64,000 nucleotides of DNA, from the NCBI RefSeq assembly GCF_006345805.1, contig NC_043004.1:105896001-105960000 (forward strand), in the 5' to 3' direction. The position numbers were made by a program, and so were the translations under genes. The notes below the pieces were generated by a model that searched no databases, had not been told where the DNA came from, and worked only from the letters and a program-made list of their open reading frames with translations. The stretch's first letter is position 1; every line of letters begins with the position of its first letter. This stretch comes from Octopus sinensis. Taxonomy: Eukaryota. This document shows positions 1 to 11,125 of the stretch, piece after piece.

Positions 1-92
1 AGGGGTTGAGCTCTGGGGGACAATGTAATTGACTTACCCCCACCCTTGAAATTGCTGGCCTTGTGCCAAAATTTGAGTTGTATAGGAGGAGT

Positions 93-315
93 AAAGTGAA
101 AAGCTGGCAGAATCATTAGCACATCAGACAAAATGCTTCGTGGTTCTTCTTCTGGCTTCATGTACTTGGTTCAAATTCTACCAAAGCCAATTTTGCCTTT
201 CACCCTTTTGGGGGGTCAGGGAAATAAGTTCCAGTCAAGCACTGGGATCAATGGAATTGATTAGGGCCCTCCCCTAAAATTTCAGGCTTTGTGCCTATAG
301 CTGAAAGGATTATAC
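93..315 (+). mobile_element. tRNA-derived SINE family B (a further tail at 1-78)
   Basis: AGCTGGCAGAATCATTAGC head, GTTCAAATT B box, CTTTGCCTTTCA.CCTTT core, GGCTTTGTGCC tail. Confidence 0.85.
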
Positions 316-416
316 AGGTGGGGTAAACATTTTCTCTTCTTTTTTCTGTCAAGTTTAACAAAATATATAATGATTGCTGTTCAATTTCAGGGTGGAGATT
401 TAAGTTCTTCACTTCC

Positions 417-458
<42 letters not shown>

Positions 459-461
459 CAT

Positions 462-621
462 ATGATGGGTTTCTTTCAGTTTCCGTCTACCAAATCCACT
501 CACAAGGCTTTGGTCGGTCTGAGGCTATAGTAGAAGACACTTGTCCAAGGTGTCACGCAGTGGAACTGAACCCGGTACCATATGGTTGATAAGCAAGCTA
601 CCTACCACACAGCCACTCCTG
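462..621 (-). mobile_element. SINE family A, 5' half
   Basis: Reverse complement of head and core. Confidence 0.88.
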
Positions 622-1158
622 CATGCACATGCACACACACACACATACATATATATTTATAAACTCGGATCCGTGTGCATCATGTAAGGCTAGAAATGGA
701 AACGATGATTTCCCTTCACAAATACTGATTGGACACAGACAGTGTGTCGTTAACCAGCTGGAGGAGATGTCTTCCTGGGGCTACAAACAACAGTATCACC
801 ATCCCATAAGGGTCAGCCACATTTAGGTGGCAAATATACTTCATGATGTGCTGCTACTGTTTACATCTCACTCAGAGATTAATTATGGCTATACATACAT
901 ATATATATATATATGTAGTTAGGTAGGTAGATAATATTTATGTGTGTATATACATATACAGATAGCTTTGTCTGTGAGTGTGTGTGTGCAAAGTATGACA
1001 AAATTCTACACTGTTGATATCACTAATACCTTGTATTTCATAATTAACTCTGGCACCTGTACATTCTATTGCTTGTCACACACTACAATAACCAACCAAT
1101 CAATTGGTTTACTAGAGTATTAACAAGTCTATCTACCTATGTATGGATAAACATAACA

Positions 1159-1162
<4 letters not shown>

Positions 1163-1189
<27 letters not shown>

Positions 1190-1231
1190 TAATGTATCCA
1201 CACACACACACACACATACATACACACATAT

Positions 1232-1317
<86 letters not shown>

Positions 1318-1459
1318 AAACATATACATATACATATATATGTGTGTCTGTATGTGTGTGTGTACCTATATATATATATATCTGTACATATATAGAGATA
1401 TGTATAGATATATATACATATATGTATAATAATACATATAAGTATAAATCTGTGTGTGT

Positions 1460-1498
<39 letters not shown>

Positions 1499-1505
1499 TG
1501 AGTGT

Positions 1506-1559
<54 letters not shown>

Positions 1560-1560
1560 A
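1163..1560. repeat. Compound microsatellite (TA)/(CA)/(TA)/(TG)
   Basis: Direct reading. Confidence 0.98.
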
Positions 1561-1654
1561 ACTAATTCCAAAGTAATTGGGATCTTATGTGTGGAAAAAT
1601 CGAATCCTCTGTCTGATGTAAAAATAAGAAGGAAATTAGGGAGAGATCTTGATT

Positions 1655-2100
1655 ATCATGATGATGATGATGGTGTTGATGAAGACAACGACGATAATGA
1701 TTTATGGATGGTGATAAAGGTAACAATAATGAATTATGGATGCTCATAATGACTGTGAATTATGAATGATGATGACAATGATAATCATGGCGACAGTGAC
1801 AATGATGTAAATGATGATGATACTGATGATGAATTATGAATGATAAGAATCAAGTTGATAATGGTGATAATAACAAATTATAGATATTGATGATAACGAC
1901 GATGATGATAATGATGATAATGATGATGATGATAATAACGATGATGATGATGACGATGATGACGACAACGATGATGATCTTAATAGGGATTGATTATGGA
2001 TTATGATAATAGTAATGATGGTGATAGATGTGGACATTGATAATGATGATAATGTTGACAATAATAATGATGGCAGCAATGATAATGTTGGTGATGAGGC
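1655..2100. repeat. Degenerate (GAT)/(AAT) trinucleotide region
   Basis: Direct reading. Confidence 0.95.
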
Positions 2101-2900
2101 ATCGTATTTCTCACAGTTATATCAGATTTCACAAATCTATTAATCTGTCAATCTAACAAAATGAGATCATTTGGGATTTCTTTTAGAAGGAAGTATATGT
2201 TCTTCATTTCCTTTTTCCCTCTTTTCTTTCTTTTCTTTCTTGCTCTGTGTGTGTGTGTGTGGGTGTAAGATATAACTGTAGGTGCAGTATAGCCAGATAG
2301 TTAAGAAATCCACTTCACACCCATGAGATCCTAGTTTCTGCCCTACTGCAAGATTTCCTTGGACAAATATCATTTTCTATAGTTTTGGGGTTGATTTATA
2401 TTTTGTGTGTTACACTGGGTTGATGGAAATTGTATAGAAGCCCATCAGGGGGATTTTATCCATAATCTTAAGGGCACTACCTTATCAGGCTGATTCTGTT
2501 TGAGAATTATATTAAGGGTACTCGTGTTTGTGGAACACTCTTCTACTTAAACACAAACTCTTGAACGGGTCATTTTGTTGACCAAACAACTGAGTCCTCC
2601 TTATTAGACCATAACCACCATCAAGGACTTTATTATTCAACATGTTCTTCCCTATTTTAATATGAGCAAGGTTTGGCTGCTATTTCCAATGAGTCAAGCA
2701 ACATGTAGAAGTTCCCGCATAGGCTCATTATCTATTAAGGATGTTAAACTGAATTTTGGACACAGTTTAAAAGTATAAATGAGATTTACTTCATAAAAGT
2801 ATGAGTCCTTCCTAAAGAAAATGCACCTACATTTTGCCTCTCCAGTCTAGAACCTTATCTTGACCACAATGTCAATCTCTGAAAGCAGTCAGCCACACCT

Positions 2901-3084
2901 CTGGCCCCTGTGCCGGTGGAACGTAAAAAGCACCCACTACACTCACGGAGTGGTTGGTGTTAGGAAGGGCATCCAGCTGTAGAAACCCTACCAGATCAGA
3001 CTGGAGCCTGGTGCAGCCTCCTGTCTTACCAGACCCTGGTTGAACCATCATGGAAAACGGACGCTAAACGACGATGATGATGAT
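2901..3084 (+). mobile_element. SINE-like family C: AGGAAGGGCATCC core, (GAT)n tail
   Basis: TGTGCCGGTGG..CGTAAAAAGCACC, GGTTGGTGTTAGGAAGGGCATCCAGCTG, ATGGAAAACGGACG.TAAACGA(GAT)n. Confidence 0.88.
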
Positions 3085-3649
3085 GGTGGTGGTGGTGGTG
3101 GTGATGGATGATGAAAATGTCTTGCTTCTTTGACCAGTAACTCACTAATGTTTTGGTGTCCAGTAGCTGACTTGGTAAAACCCTACAAGAAAACCCACCA
3201 TCTTTCCAAAAATAACTTTAGCCACCTTTTTTTAATTCAATACTTCTATCACCCATGGACTGCTTTGCAATGACTTGGCATTATATTCAATGGAGAGTGT
3301 TGTGATCTTGGTCACTTACGCACCGTGGAAATTGGGTTAATCTCCAAGAAGTACTAAGAGTTCTAGGGATACTAAATGCTGGATGACAAATAAAATTATC
3401 AAGAGAAAGGGTTAAGGCACAGTGTCTTATATGCTAGGGATCACTGGTAGTCAATAAACATGTTCAATTAGCAGTGACTGATCTGTGTTTCTTGAACACA
3501 ATGTAGAATGAGTCATTAAAAACCCACAACCACATGCAACCAGTAAGAGAAACCTTGCTACAGCCTAATCTGCTAGAAATAGCAACCAAACTTGATTCAT
3601 ACCAGATGCTACTATCTTTAAAAAAAAGGTCACATTAGTTACATTAGAT

Positions 3650-3898
3650 GAGTGGTTCTCAACCACTTTTGTCTGAGGGCCCCTTTGATTCCTGTTTTAC
3701 TCTGGTAGACCCCCATAGCCATTTGATGTTTAAAAAAATCCTCTTGTATATTTTTATAACGAAATATTATTAACAACTGTATACAAATATCTTTTGTGTT
3801 GTAGAAATACAAGCAATCTATTACACATAAATTTTAACAATAAAATTTTATTTGGATCCCAAAGGGGCATATGGACCCTGCCCAGTTGAGAACTAGAT
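3650..3898. mobile_element. hAT (Charlie-like) MITE inserted in an older SINE tail
   Basis: Termini AGTGGTTCTCAACC and AGTTGAGAAC; flanks 3555-3650 and 3900-3995 are two halves of a family F SINE tail. Confidence 0.7.
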
Positions 3899-4689
3899 GA
3901 TATTGTTCTAGATACACTTTGTCTGAAATACAAACATGATATAGTCACGGCTAGAATATCCTTAATCATAGTTTTGCATGATCAGAGCTAACCAACAAAA
4001 ATGGACACAAGAATGACGGCCATTTCGTCAAGGAGTTTATTTAGCAATTATATTGTTTCAGGCTCATTTCCACCATATAGAATCTTGGATAAGTGTCTCC
4101 TGCTTTAACTTCAGACCAACCAAAGCTTTGTGAGTGAAATTTGATAAACTGAAATGTTGTGGAAACCAATCAGAAAGAGACATTTCTTGTCTTTGAGTGG
4201 CAAATTCAATTTATTGGCCTATTTAACACAATCACCTAGCCCTTTGCTCTCTTTAGTTGCCCTGTTTAACACCAACATTTAGCCCTTCAGTGCACACCAC
4301 CATCTAGTCCCTGAGTATATTTTGCTAACTCTTGTGGCCCTTGTGTGCTTTCAGCCAACCTGTTCAACACTTCCATATAACCCTTGAGTACTTTTAGTGG
4401 GACCCTCTCTGTTTTTGAGTGTTCAAGCCAGGTATCTATTCTGAGCATAATTTCCTCCTCCCCAATCTCAGAATCCCTGACAAAGGTTATGAGTAATGCT
4501 CTTATTTCTGACTACAACAATTAAAAGAAGAGAAAGAACGCATTAAAAATAATTATAGATTTAATAACAATATGAATCAAGACAGTTGGTGAGTCCTGTT
4601 TACTAATTGTACATCCTCAGATTATCCAGTACCTATTGCCATCTGAAACCTTGTTTAGAGGTTAAAAACTTTTAAATCATCTGGTAGTG

Positions 4690-4930
4690 GAGACATATGG
4701 GTCTATGGTTATAGTGTTGGACTCATGATCATAAGATTGTAGTTTCAGTTCCTGAACTGGGCGACACATTGTTCTTGAACAAAACATTCCATTTCATGTT
4801 GCTCCAGTCTTCAGCTGGTAAAATTGAATAATTCTGCGATTGACCAGAATCATATCCAGTGAGGAATATATGTGCCACAAAAACCTGGAAACCGGCCTCA
4901 TGAGTCTATATGACTTGGGATGGCTTAGTA
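4690..4930 (+). mobile_element. tRNA SINE, head X with V-domain-like tail
   Basis: Collinear with 56247-56490; TTGAACAAAACA core, CTGCGATTGACC..ATCCAG motif. Confidence 0.75.
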
Positions 4931-4982
4931 TCATTATCCTGTAATTATCTGATATCCATTGCCATTAGGGCTCTGTTTAAAG

Positions 4983-5317
4983 CAGGGGTTCTCAACCATT
5001 TTTTATCTATGGACTCGTTTGGTTACTATTTTGTTTTGGGGGACACCCATAGCCATTCCATGTTTAAAAGCTAATTTTATAGAAACTTCTTTCAAAATTC
5101 CTATTCTGTTTTACATGCAGGCTGCGTAGGCTGAACTATGTAAAATGTTACAGAAAGAAACTTCAGTTTCCTGCCATACAAACATCTAAAGAAAATGTTT
5201 TTCAGGGACCCTTAAAATACTATTGTGGATCCTCAATTTATCATTTTGTTGTGTGGACCCCACAAAACCTTATATAGACCCTCAGAGGCCTTATAGAACC
5301 CCAGTTGAGAACCACTG
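4983..5317. mobile_element. hAT (Charlie-like) MITE
   Basis: TIRs CAGGGGTTCTCAACC and AGTTGAGAACCACTG, followed by GTCTAG (Charlie-like target). Confidence 0.8.
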
Positions 5318-5684
5318 GTCTAGTGGCTGAACACTCCCAGATTATCTGGTACATATTGCCATCTGCTGAGAAAATTGAGGAAATCTAGAAAGCATATTTT
5401 GAGGGAAAAAATAAACAAACAAACAGGAAACCAGGGGCCCAGCAGCAGCTTTTCAATCCTGACTCATCAGCAGGCAGCAGAACTACCTTATCTACCCAGT
5501 TGCCTTCAAACTGGAACATATTTGGTGTCAGTCGGCTGTCTTTGTGCCATTGGTTGAATTAATATAGAATAAAAAAACAAATCTAACAACAACAACAACA
5601 ACTACACCTAAAATCTCATTGATGCAACAGCCTTGCACACTCCACTTCATATTGCTCACTATTCTGAAGACATTCTTTTATTTT

Positions 5685-5920
5685 TTATTCTTTTACTTGT
5701 TCCAGTCATTTCACTGTGGCCATGCTGGGACACCATCTTGAAGGGTCTTAGTCAAATGAATCGACCCAAGAATTTTTTTTTTTTTAAGCCAAGTATTTAT
5801 TCTCTCAATTACTTTACTGAACCATTAAGCTATGGGGACATAAATACACCAACACCAGTGGTCAAGTGGTGGTAGTGGTGGTGGTGGTGGTGGTGAGGGA
5901 CAAACACAAAGACATTCACA
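5685..5920 (-). mobile_element. SINE family A, 3' half
   Basis: CCAGTCATTTCACTGTGGCCATGCTGG tail motif. Confidence 0.8.
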
Positions 5921-6099
5921 CATAAATCTATACATAAATACACACATACTCACACACACACACCTACACACACATACATATATATATATGTATATCCATC
6001 TCCTATGTTCCTGCCTTTAGGCTTTCACTTCATACATTCCAGCTCAATTTCATTCCTTCTCAGTTGGAAGACACCTGTCGTTATTTTTTGTTGTTTGTA

Positions 6100-6400
6100 T
6101 TCCTAATTGTGTACCATGTTCTCCATTTCTTTTTGCTTGTTTCTTTTTTAGCTTTCTTACAAAGGGGTCTAATGCTCTTAGATATGACTTTTTGGTGGGC
6201 AACCAGATCGAACCATCTCAAGTGTAACTGCCTGAAATGGTCTGGTACTTGACTGAGGAAAGAAAGCAACGAATGACCTGTCTTTTTTGCCTGTTGCCTG
6301 TCCTTTTAATTGTTGTTTCTCTTGTCTGCCTTTGTGTTGTCTATCTGTCCAAATGTTTTATTGTCCTGTATTGCGTTTTTGTTCCATTTATATATATATT
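6100..6400. repeat. Diverged copy of the 22541-22813 repeat family
   Basis: Shares TCTAATGCTC, GATCG, TGACTGA and CGAATGACC.GTC blocks in order with the reverse complement of 22541-22813. Confidence 0.45.
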
Positions 6401-6535
6401 TATATATATATATATATATATACATACATACATACATACATACATACATACATACATACATGTTGTTACTCTTGTCTGCCTTTGTATCATCTATCTGTCC
6501 AAACATTTTAATGCCCTCTACTCTATTGTATTTTG

Positions 6536-6542
<7 letters not shown>
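6311..6542. repeat. ~80-bp duplication separated by a microsatellite
   Basis: TGTTGTT.CTCTTGTCTGCCTTTGT..TCTATCTGTCCAAA at 6311 and 6461. Confidence 0.85.
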
Positions 6543-6589
<47 letters not shown>

Positions 6590-6621
6590 TATTATTATAT
6601 ATATTATATATATAAATACAT

Positions 6622-6787
6622 ATGATGGCCTTCTTTCAGTTTCAGTCTAGCAAATCCACTCATAAGGGCTTGATCTGCCTGGGGCTATAGTAGAAGACAC
6701 TTGCCCAATGTGTCACTCAGTAGGATTGAACCCAGAACCATGTGGTTGGGAAGCAAGCTTCTCACCATACAGTCATACCTGCACCTA
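6622..6787 (-). mobile_element. SINE family A, 5' half
   Basis: Reverse complement of head and core. Confidence 0.85.
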
Positions 6788-7106
6788 TTAATAGAATATC
6801 TATTCCACCCTTCCCAAGAGAAATTCCCTTCATGTCACATTAACACACCTCATTTTGCATGTATTGCTAAGGTTAGTTTAATAATAGTTCTTCCCACGCA
6901 TGAAGCTTGCATGATGGATTCCTACAGAGCTCAATCCTATCACCTGTACACATCATCCTCCAGATGCTCAACATTCCATGCACTTTATCTAATATACTCA
7001 CACCAGCTAACATTGTCAGTATTACATTCACACAATATTCTTACCACAATATATCAGTCACAGCTATACACCAGCCATACTCATAATATATATATATATA
7101 TATATG

Positions 7107-7267
7107 TATAAGGATAAGATCGTTAATTTAAAAATAAAATAACGATTTTATCAAGTGGTCAGCATGGAAAAAATAACCTTCAAAGGTAATAATTATTAAA
7201 ATTATAAATTAGGATATCTACAAGATACCGCCATGCTGAAAATAGCAGCCATGATCCGACTTTAATT

Positions 7268-7278
<11 letters not shown>
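7107..7278. repeat. Unclassified insert in (TA)n with short inverted repeat
   Basis: Flanked by (TA)n on both sides; AAAATTATAAATT (~7198-7210) is mirrored by AATTTATAATTTT (~7264-76 and ~7316-28). Confidence 0.35.
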
Positions 7279-7309
<31 letters not shown>

Positions 7310-7359
7310 TACCCTAATTTATAATTTTATAAACACATACACACACACACACTCACACA

Positions 7360-7573
7360 CGAAGGGGTACTGAAAAGTTCCAGACTTTGGGTAAAAGAAA
7401 ATACAGGAGAATCAGTTAATTGTGATTTTATCCAACATATTCCCCTCTCAGATTCACACACTTATTGCAGCATTTCTCTGGTTTTTGTAAGCCCTATAAA
7501 AGATTTGGAAGGTTGGATCTCCAACCAGGCCTTTTGTGATACCCTTAAAGCCAGGAACTTTTCAGCATCCCCT

Positions 7574-7575
<2 letters not shown>
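7360..7575. mobile_element. Mariner/Tc1-type MITE
   Basis: TIRs CGAAGGGGTACTGAAAAGTTCC and GGAACTTTTCAGCATCCCCTTG followed by TA; second copy at 20220. Confidence 0.75.
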
Positions 7576-7611
<36 letters not shown>

Positions 7612-7708
7612 GGAGTAAACACATAGATGTGAAACAAGGTGGAAAAAAAGAGTACTCAAATACCAGTGGTAGAGTAATATGCTTTATTTTAAGCAGCAGA
7701 AAATTCAA

Positions 7709-7760
7709 CAAAATCTGTTACTCTCTGAGTTTCTCGTTGCCGTTCATCAGACAGTTTTTG
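7709..7760 (-). ncRNA. Minimal type I hammerhead ribozyme, inverted twin
   Basis: Reverse complement reads CAAAAACTGT-CTGATGA-ACGGCAACGA-GAAA-CTCAGAGAG-TA|ACAG-ATTTTG; stem III has a 3-nt loop. Confidence 0.75.
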
Positions 7761-7809
7761 CAAAACTGTCTGATGAACGGCAACGAGAAACTCAGAGTAA
7801 CAGATTTTG
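7761..7809 (+). ncRNA. Minimal type I hammerhead ribozyme (Penelope-type)
   Basis: CTGT-CTGATGA-ACG(GCAA)CGA-GAAA-CTCAGAG-TA|ACAG. Stem I CTGT/ACAG extends via CAAAA/TTTTG; stem II has a GNRA loop and an A.A closing mismatch; stem III ACTC-A-GAGT is palindromic. Predicted cleavage after 7799. Confidence 0.75.
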
Positions 7810-7941
7810 TTGAATTTACTGCTGCTTAATAATAATAGTATATATATATATATATATAACACACACATACATACATACATACACACACATATATATATGC
7901 ACACACATACACACACATATATACATGCATGCATACATATA

Positions 7942-7986
<45 letters not shown>

Positions 7987-8526
7987 TATGTACATACATA
8001 ATACAGGTCTCTACATGCTTGAGGTGTCCCCACACTGTGTACAGCTGGTATTTTACAATAGCAATACTACAACTAGATCTACACACTTGCAACATCAGAG
8101 CTCCTACATAGTCACTCCTCATGCTAGAAATAGCAACCAATCTCCCTTGGATCACATATCACCCTCTTAAAAAGAAGAAAAATGGGAAGAATCCAAATTA
8201 AATAATGTAGCTGCATGTAACCCACAAAATGACAGAACAGGGTACCTTTAACCATAGGTATCAATCAGGGTTTACTTGGGGCCAAGCAGTGACAACAACA
8301 ACAGCAAATGGTAGCAGCAGACTAGACAGTACATGCCATGCATAACTATATTTGGTTGGCTTCTATACACCTGACACTACCCCCACCCCCACAAATACAC
8401 ATGTAGGATTTCATGGTGACAGTAGTAGTTTACTTAAGCACAGTTGCATACCAACTCTTGTATTGTCTGTAACCTTGTGGTTTTTGGTCCTGTAATATTT
8501 CAACAGAGATATGGTAACACTATTAC

Positions 8527-8640
8527 CAGGCTTTAAAAGAAAATAATTCCTGGGGTCGTTTTGTTCAACTAAACCCTTCAAAGTGGTGTTCCAGCATGGC
8601 CACAGTCCAATGACTGAAACAAGCAAAAGATAAAGATAAG
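8527..8640 (+). mobile_element. SINE family A tail
   Basis: GGTGTTCCAGCATGGCCACAGTCCAATGACTGAAACAAG. Confidence 0.8.
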
Positions 8641-8688
8641 ACTGTTAGAAAAAGCAGCCAAATATTTCTCAAATCGCACATCGTCATC

Positions 8689-8867
8689 TCAACCCTTTTG
8701 TTACTGTATTTATTTTGTGATGCTCTGTGTTTCTTTCAATTAATTTTAAATATAATGAAGCAATTAGTAAAATAACTCGTATATTTTAATTCAAAACTTA
8801 TGAAAACATGCCATTTGTACTACAGAGCCAGAGGCAGTTTCAGTCGGGTTGGTATCGAAGGGGTCAA
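8689..8867. mobile_element. piggyBac-like MITE (degenerate TTAA-CCCT...AGGG-TTAA termini)
   Basis: TCAACCCTTTTGTTAC ... GGTATCGAAGGGGTCAA inverted ends. Confidence 0.5.
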
Positions 8868-8985
8868 AGGAAAGAGTACTTTCGTTAATGAAGTTTTAGA
8901 AACTTTCAGAAAGATGGTGGGGTCACTTTTAGCTATAAATTTGCTCTGTCAAGGTTAACTTGGACTAAATAATAACAGCAGCTAC

Positions 8986-9150
8986 AGTATTTAAAGTATG
9001 TGCTGCCTGAGCTAATCTTTGAAGTTGCTGCCTTTCTACTCATAGGGGTCACAACAAAACCTAATTTTGCACAGACCTAAAAGTACTGCCCCTATAAAAA
9101 TGTTGCCCATGTTAACATCTCCCTTACCCGATCGTATTGGTGTAACCCAT
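8986..9150. mobile_element. Degenerate copy of the 27446/55984 MITE
   Basis: CAGACCTAAAAGTACTGCCCCTATAAAAATGTTGCCC block shared. Confidence 0.4.
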
Positions 9151-9209
9151 GAAACCAAGAACTAGCAACAAAGCTATACACAGACCACACACCACTAATA
9201 GGTCCCTTC

Positions 9210-9245
9210 TATGTATGTATGTATGTATCTATCTATCTATCTATC

Positions 9246-9317
<72 letters not shown>
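9210..9317. repeat. (TATG)n-(TCTA)n-(GATA)n tetranucleotide array
   Basis: Direct reading; the strand of the GATA unit flips at ~9246. Confidence 0.98.
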
Positions 9318-9344
9318 AGATATATACCTATGTATCTCTCAAAA

Positions 9345-9680
9345 GATAGACCTTTTTAACTTTTGAACATTTGAACTTTTGAAAATTTGAAAAAAAAACT
9401 TTCTGGGATTTTCGAATGAGGATTTCCAAGGGCTTCCTCACTGCTCATGTAATCTATTAAAACCTTTCACACTACCTCAGCTTCTCAACATCTTTTAATT
9501 CAGTGTAGTTCTATATTTAACAGTTCTATATTTAAGAGATGAGGAATTATGTACATTATTTACATTATTTACATTTGATGGATATTTGTCCTCATCTTGT
9601 TTGTTGTTAACACAACATTTCAGCTGATATACCCTCCAGCCTTCATCAGGTGTTTTGAGGAAATTTCGAAACTTTTAATT
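9345..9680 (-). mobile_element. Penelope-like terminal-repeat fragment
   Basis: Carries the hammerhead-like motif at 9609-9654 and lies next to a (GATA)n tract. Confidence 0.5.
9609..9654 (-). ncRNA. Degenerate minimal hammerhead ribozyme variant
   Basis: Minus strand AACAC-CTGATGA-A-GGCTG-GAGGGTATAT-CAGCT-GAAA-TGT-T|GTGTT. Stem I 5 bp; stem III ATGT, probably CpG-decayed ACGT. Confidence 0.6.
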
Positions 9681-9914
9681 TTTTTATTTTTTTAATATTT
9701 CATTTTGTCCTTTTTCTACATTGTCCATCGTTTTTTACTTCATTGTCCAATTCTGTCATCTTTCATTCTTAGCTTTTGGTTTCCCCATCGCTAATTGCTA
9801 ACTTCTCAAGTATCACTTCCTTCTACCTTGTCATTCCTCCTAAATTAGCTCTGCCTCTCTTAGCATAGCAATCCCTCTCACCATCCTACTATGGCATTAC
9901 CCTGTTATCTCTCT

Positions 9915-10070
9915 GTAAAATGGTTGGCATTAGGAAAGACATCCAGTTGTAGAAACCACATCTAAACAGACAGTAGAGCTTGACATGGTCCTGAGACTTG
10001 CCAATTCCTGTCAAACTGTCCAACCAAAGGCAGCATGGAAAATGGATGTTAAATGATGATGACGGTGATG
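9915..10070 (+). mobile_element. Family C, seeding the adjacent (GAT)n array
   Basis: Core and tail motifs run directly into 10053-10305. Confidence 0.8.
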
Positions 10071-10116
10071 ATGATGATGATGATGATGATGCTGATGATG
10101 ATGATGGTGGTGGTGG

Positions 10117-10152
<36 letters not shown>

Positions 10153-10305
10153 CGGTGATGATGATGATGACGGTGACAGTGACGATGACGATGACGATGA
10201 CGATGATGATGATGACGGTGGTGGTGGTGGTGGTGGTGGTGATGGTGATGATGATGATGATGATGACAACGACAACGAGGATGATGATGCTGATGATGAT
10301 GATTA
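10053..10305. repeat. (GAT)/(GGT)/(GAC) trinucleotide array
   Basis: Direct reading; extends the tail of a family C SINE. Confidence 0.98.
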
Positions 10306-10894
10306 CTGAGTAGGTGGCTGGGTGGGTGGGTGGAGATGTCAGATTTAATTAGACAAAGAGGATGTTTAAGGAAATGCTAATTTCTGATTGTGTTCCTGTG
10401 TCACGTTCTCTGAGTTGAGTCAACCATCTTCTTCAGACATTTACAGTTATTAACAGAATATTTTGACCGAAATCAACAGATTGTGAGTTCCATTCCCATC
10501 TTGATTAATTCACTGAACAAATCTATTTCCCTTCTTTTTCACTTCATTAAAAACTACCATGATTGATCAGAGCTAATTAATTAATTGATTGATTGATTGA
10601 TTGTAATTAATGATGGATGAAGACATTAATTAATGCTAATTTATTCTATCATTAACAGTTGGTGAAACTGAGTGATTAAGGATGCTTAGAATTCTGCTTC
10701 TTATTGATATCTATATTCTTCTTAACACCCACCCACCCACCCTCCTGTAACCCACTGCCCTATTGGTTTGGCCTGCTTATATGTCTGTCTGTGTGTCCGT
10801 CTGTCATTGGCTTTTTTTGCTTCTTTTTTTCTACTCTTTTAAATATTTGGACCTGCCTCTACAGACACATACTTCCATCATCAATGCCAACTCC

Positions 10895-10937
10895 TACAAC
10901 TATTGTCATCAGCATCATCATCAGCATCATCATCATC

Positions 10938-10969
<32 letters not shown>

Positions 10970-11015
10970 CATCAGTATCATCTTCTCATCTTCATGATCA
11001 TCATTATTGTTGTCG

Positions 11016-11054
<39 letters not shown>

Positions 11055-11068
11055 GCATCAGCATCATT

Positions 11069-11102
<34 letters not shown>

Positions 11103-11125
11103 ACATCATTATCGTTGTCGGCATC
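10895..11125. repeat. (CAT)n array
   Basis: Direct reading; tail of the family D SINE on the minus strand. Confidence 0.98.

Larger units (their letters stand above)
7609..7829. mobile_element. Penelope-like terminal-repeat fragment with inverted (fold-back) arrangement, in (TA)n
   Basis: ~70-bp inverted arms 7689-7760 and 7761-7829 with 1 mismatch and 2 small indels, plus an 80-bp one-sided extension. Hammerheads, inverted pseudo-LTRs and microsatellite targets are Penelope hallmarks. Confidence 0.7.

Noticed and set aside
1069-1571. Long ORFs rich in HT/YI/CV dipeptides (also 7689-8170, 11231-11636, 41075-41608, 61143-61959)
   Set aside because: Translations of (CA)n, (TA)n and (TG)n microsatellites, open in several frames and on both strands.
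5440-5475. Minus-strand CTGATGAGTC...GAAA hammerhead-like motif
   Set aside because: Stems I and II do not pair and there is no UH at the expected position.
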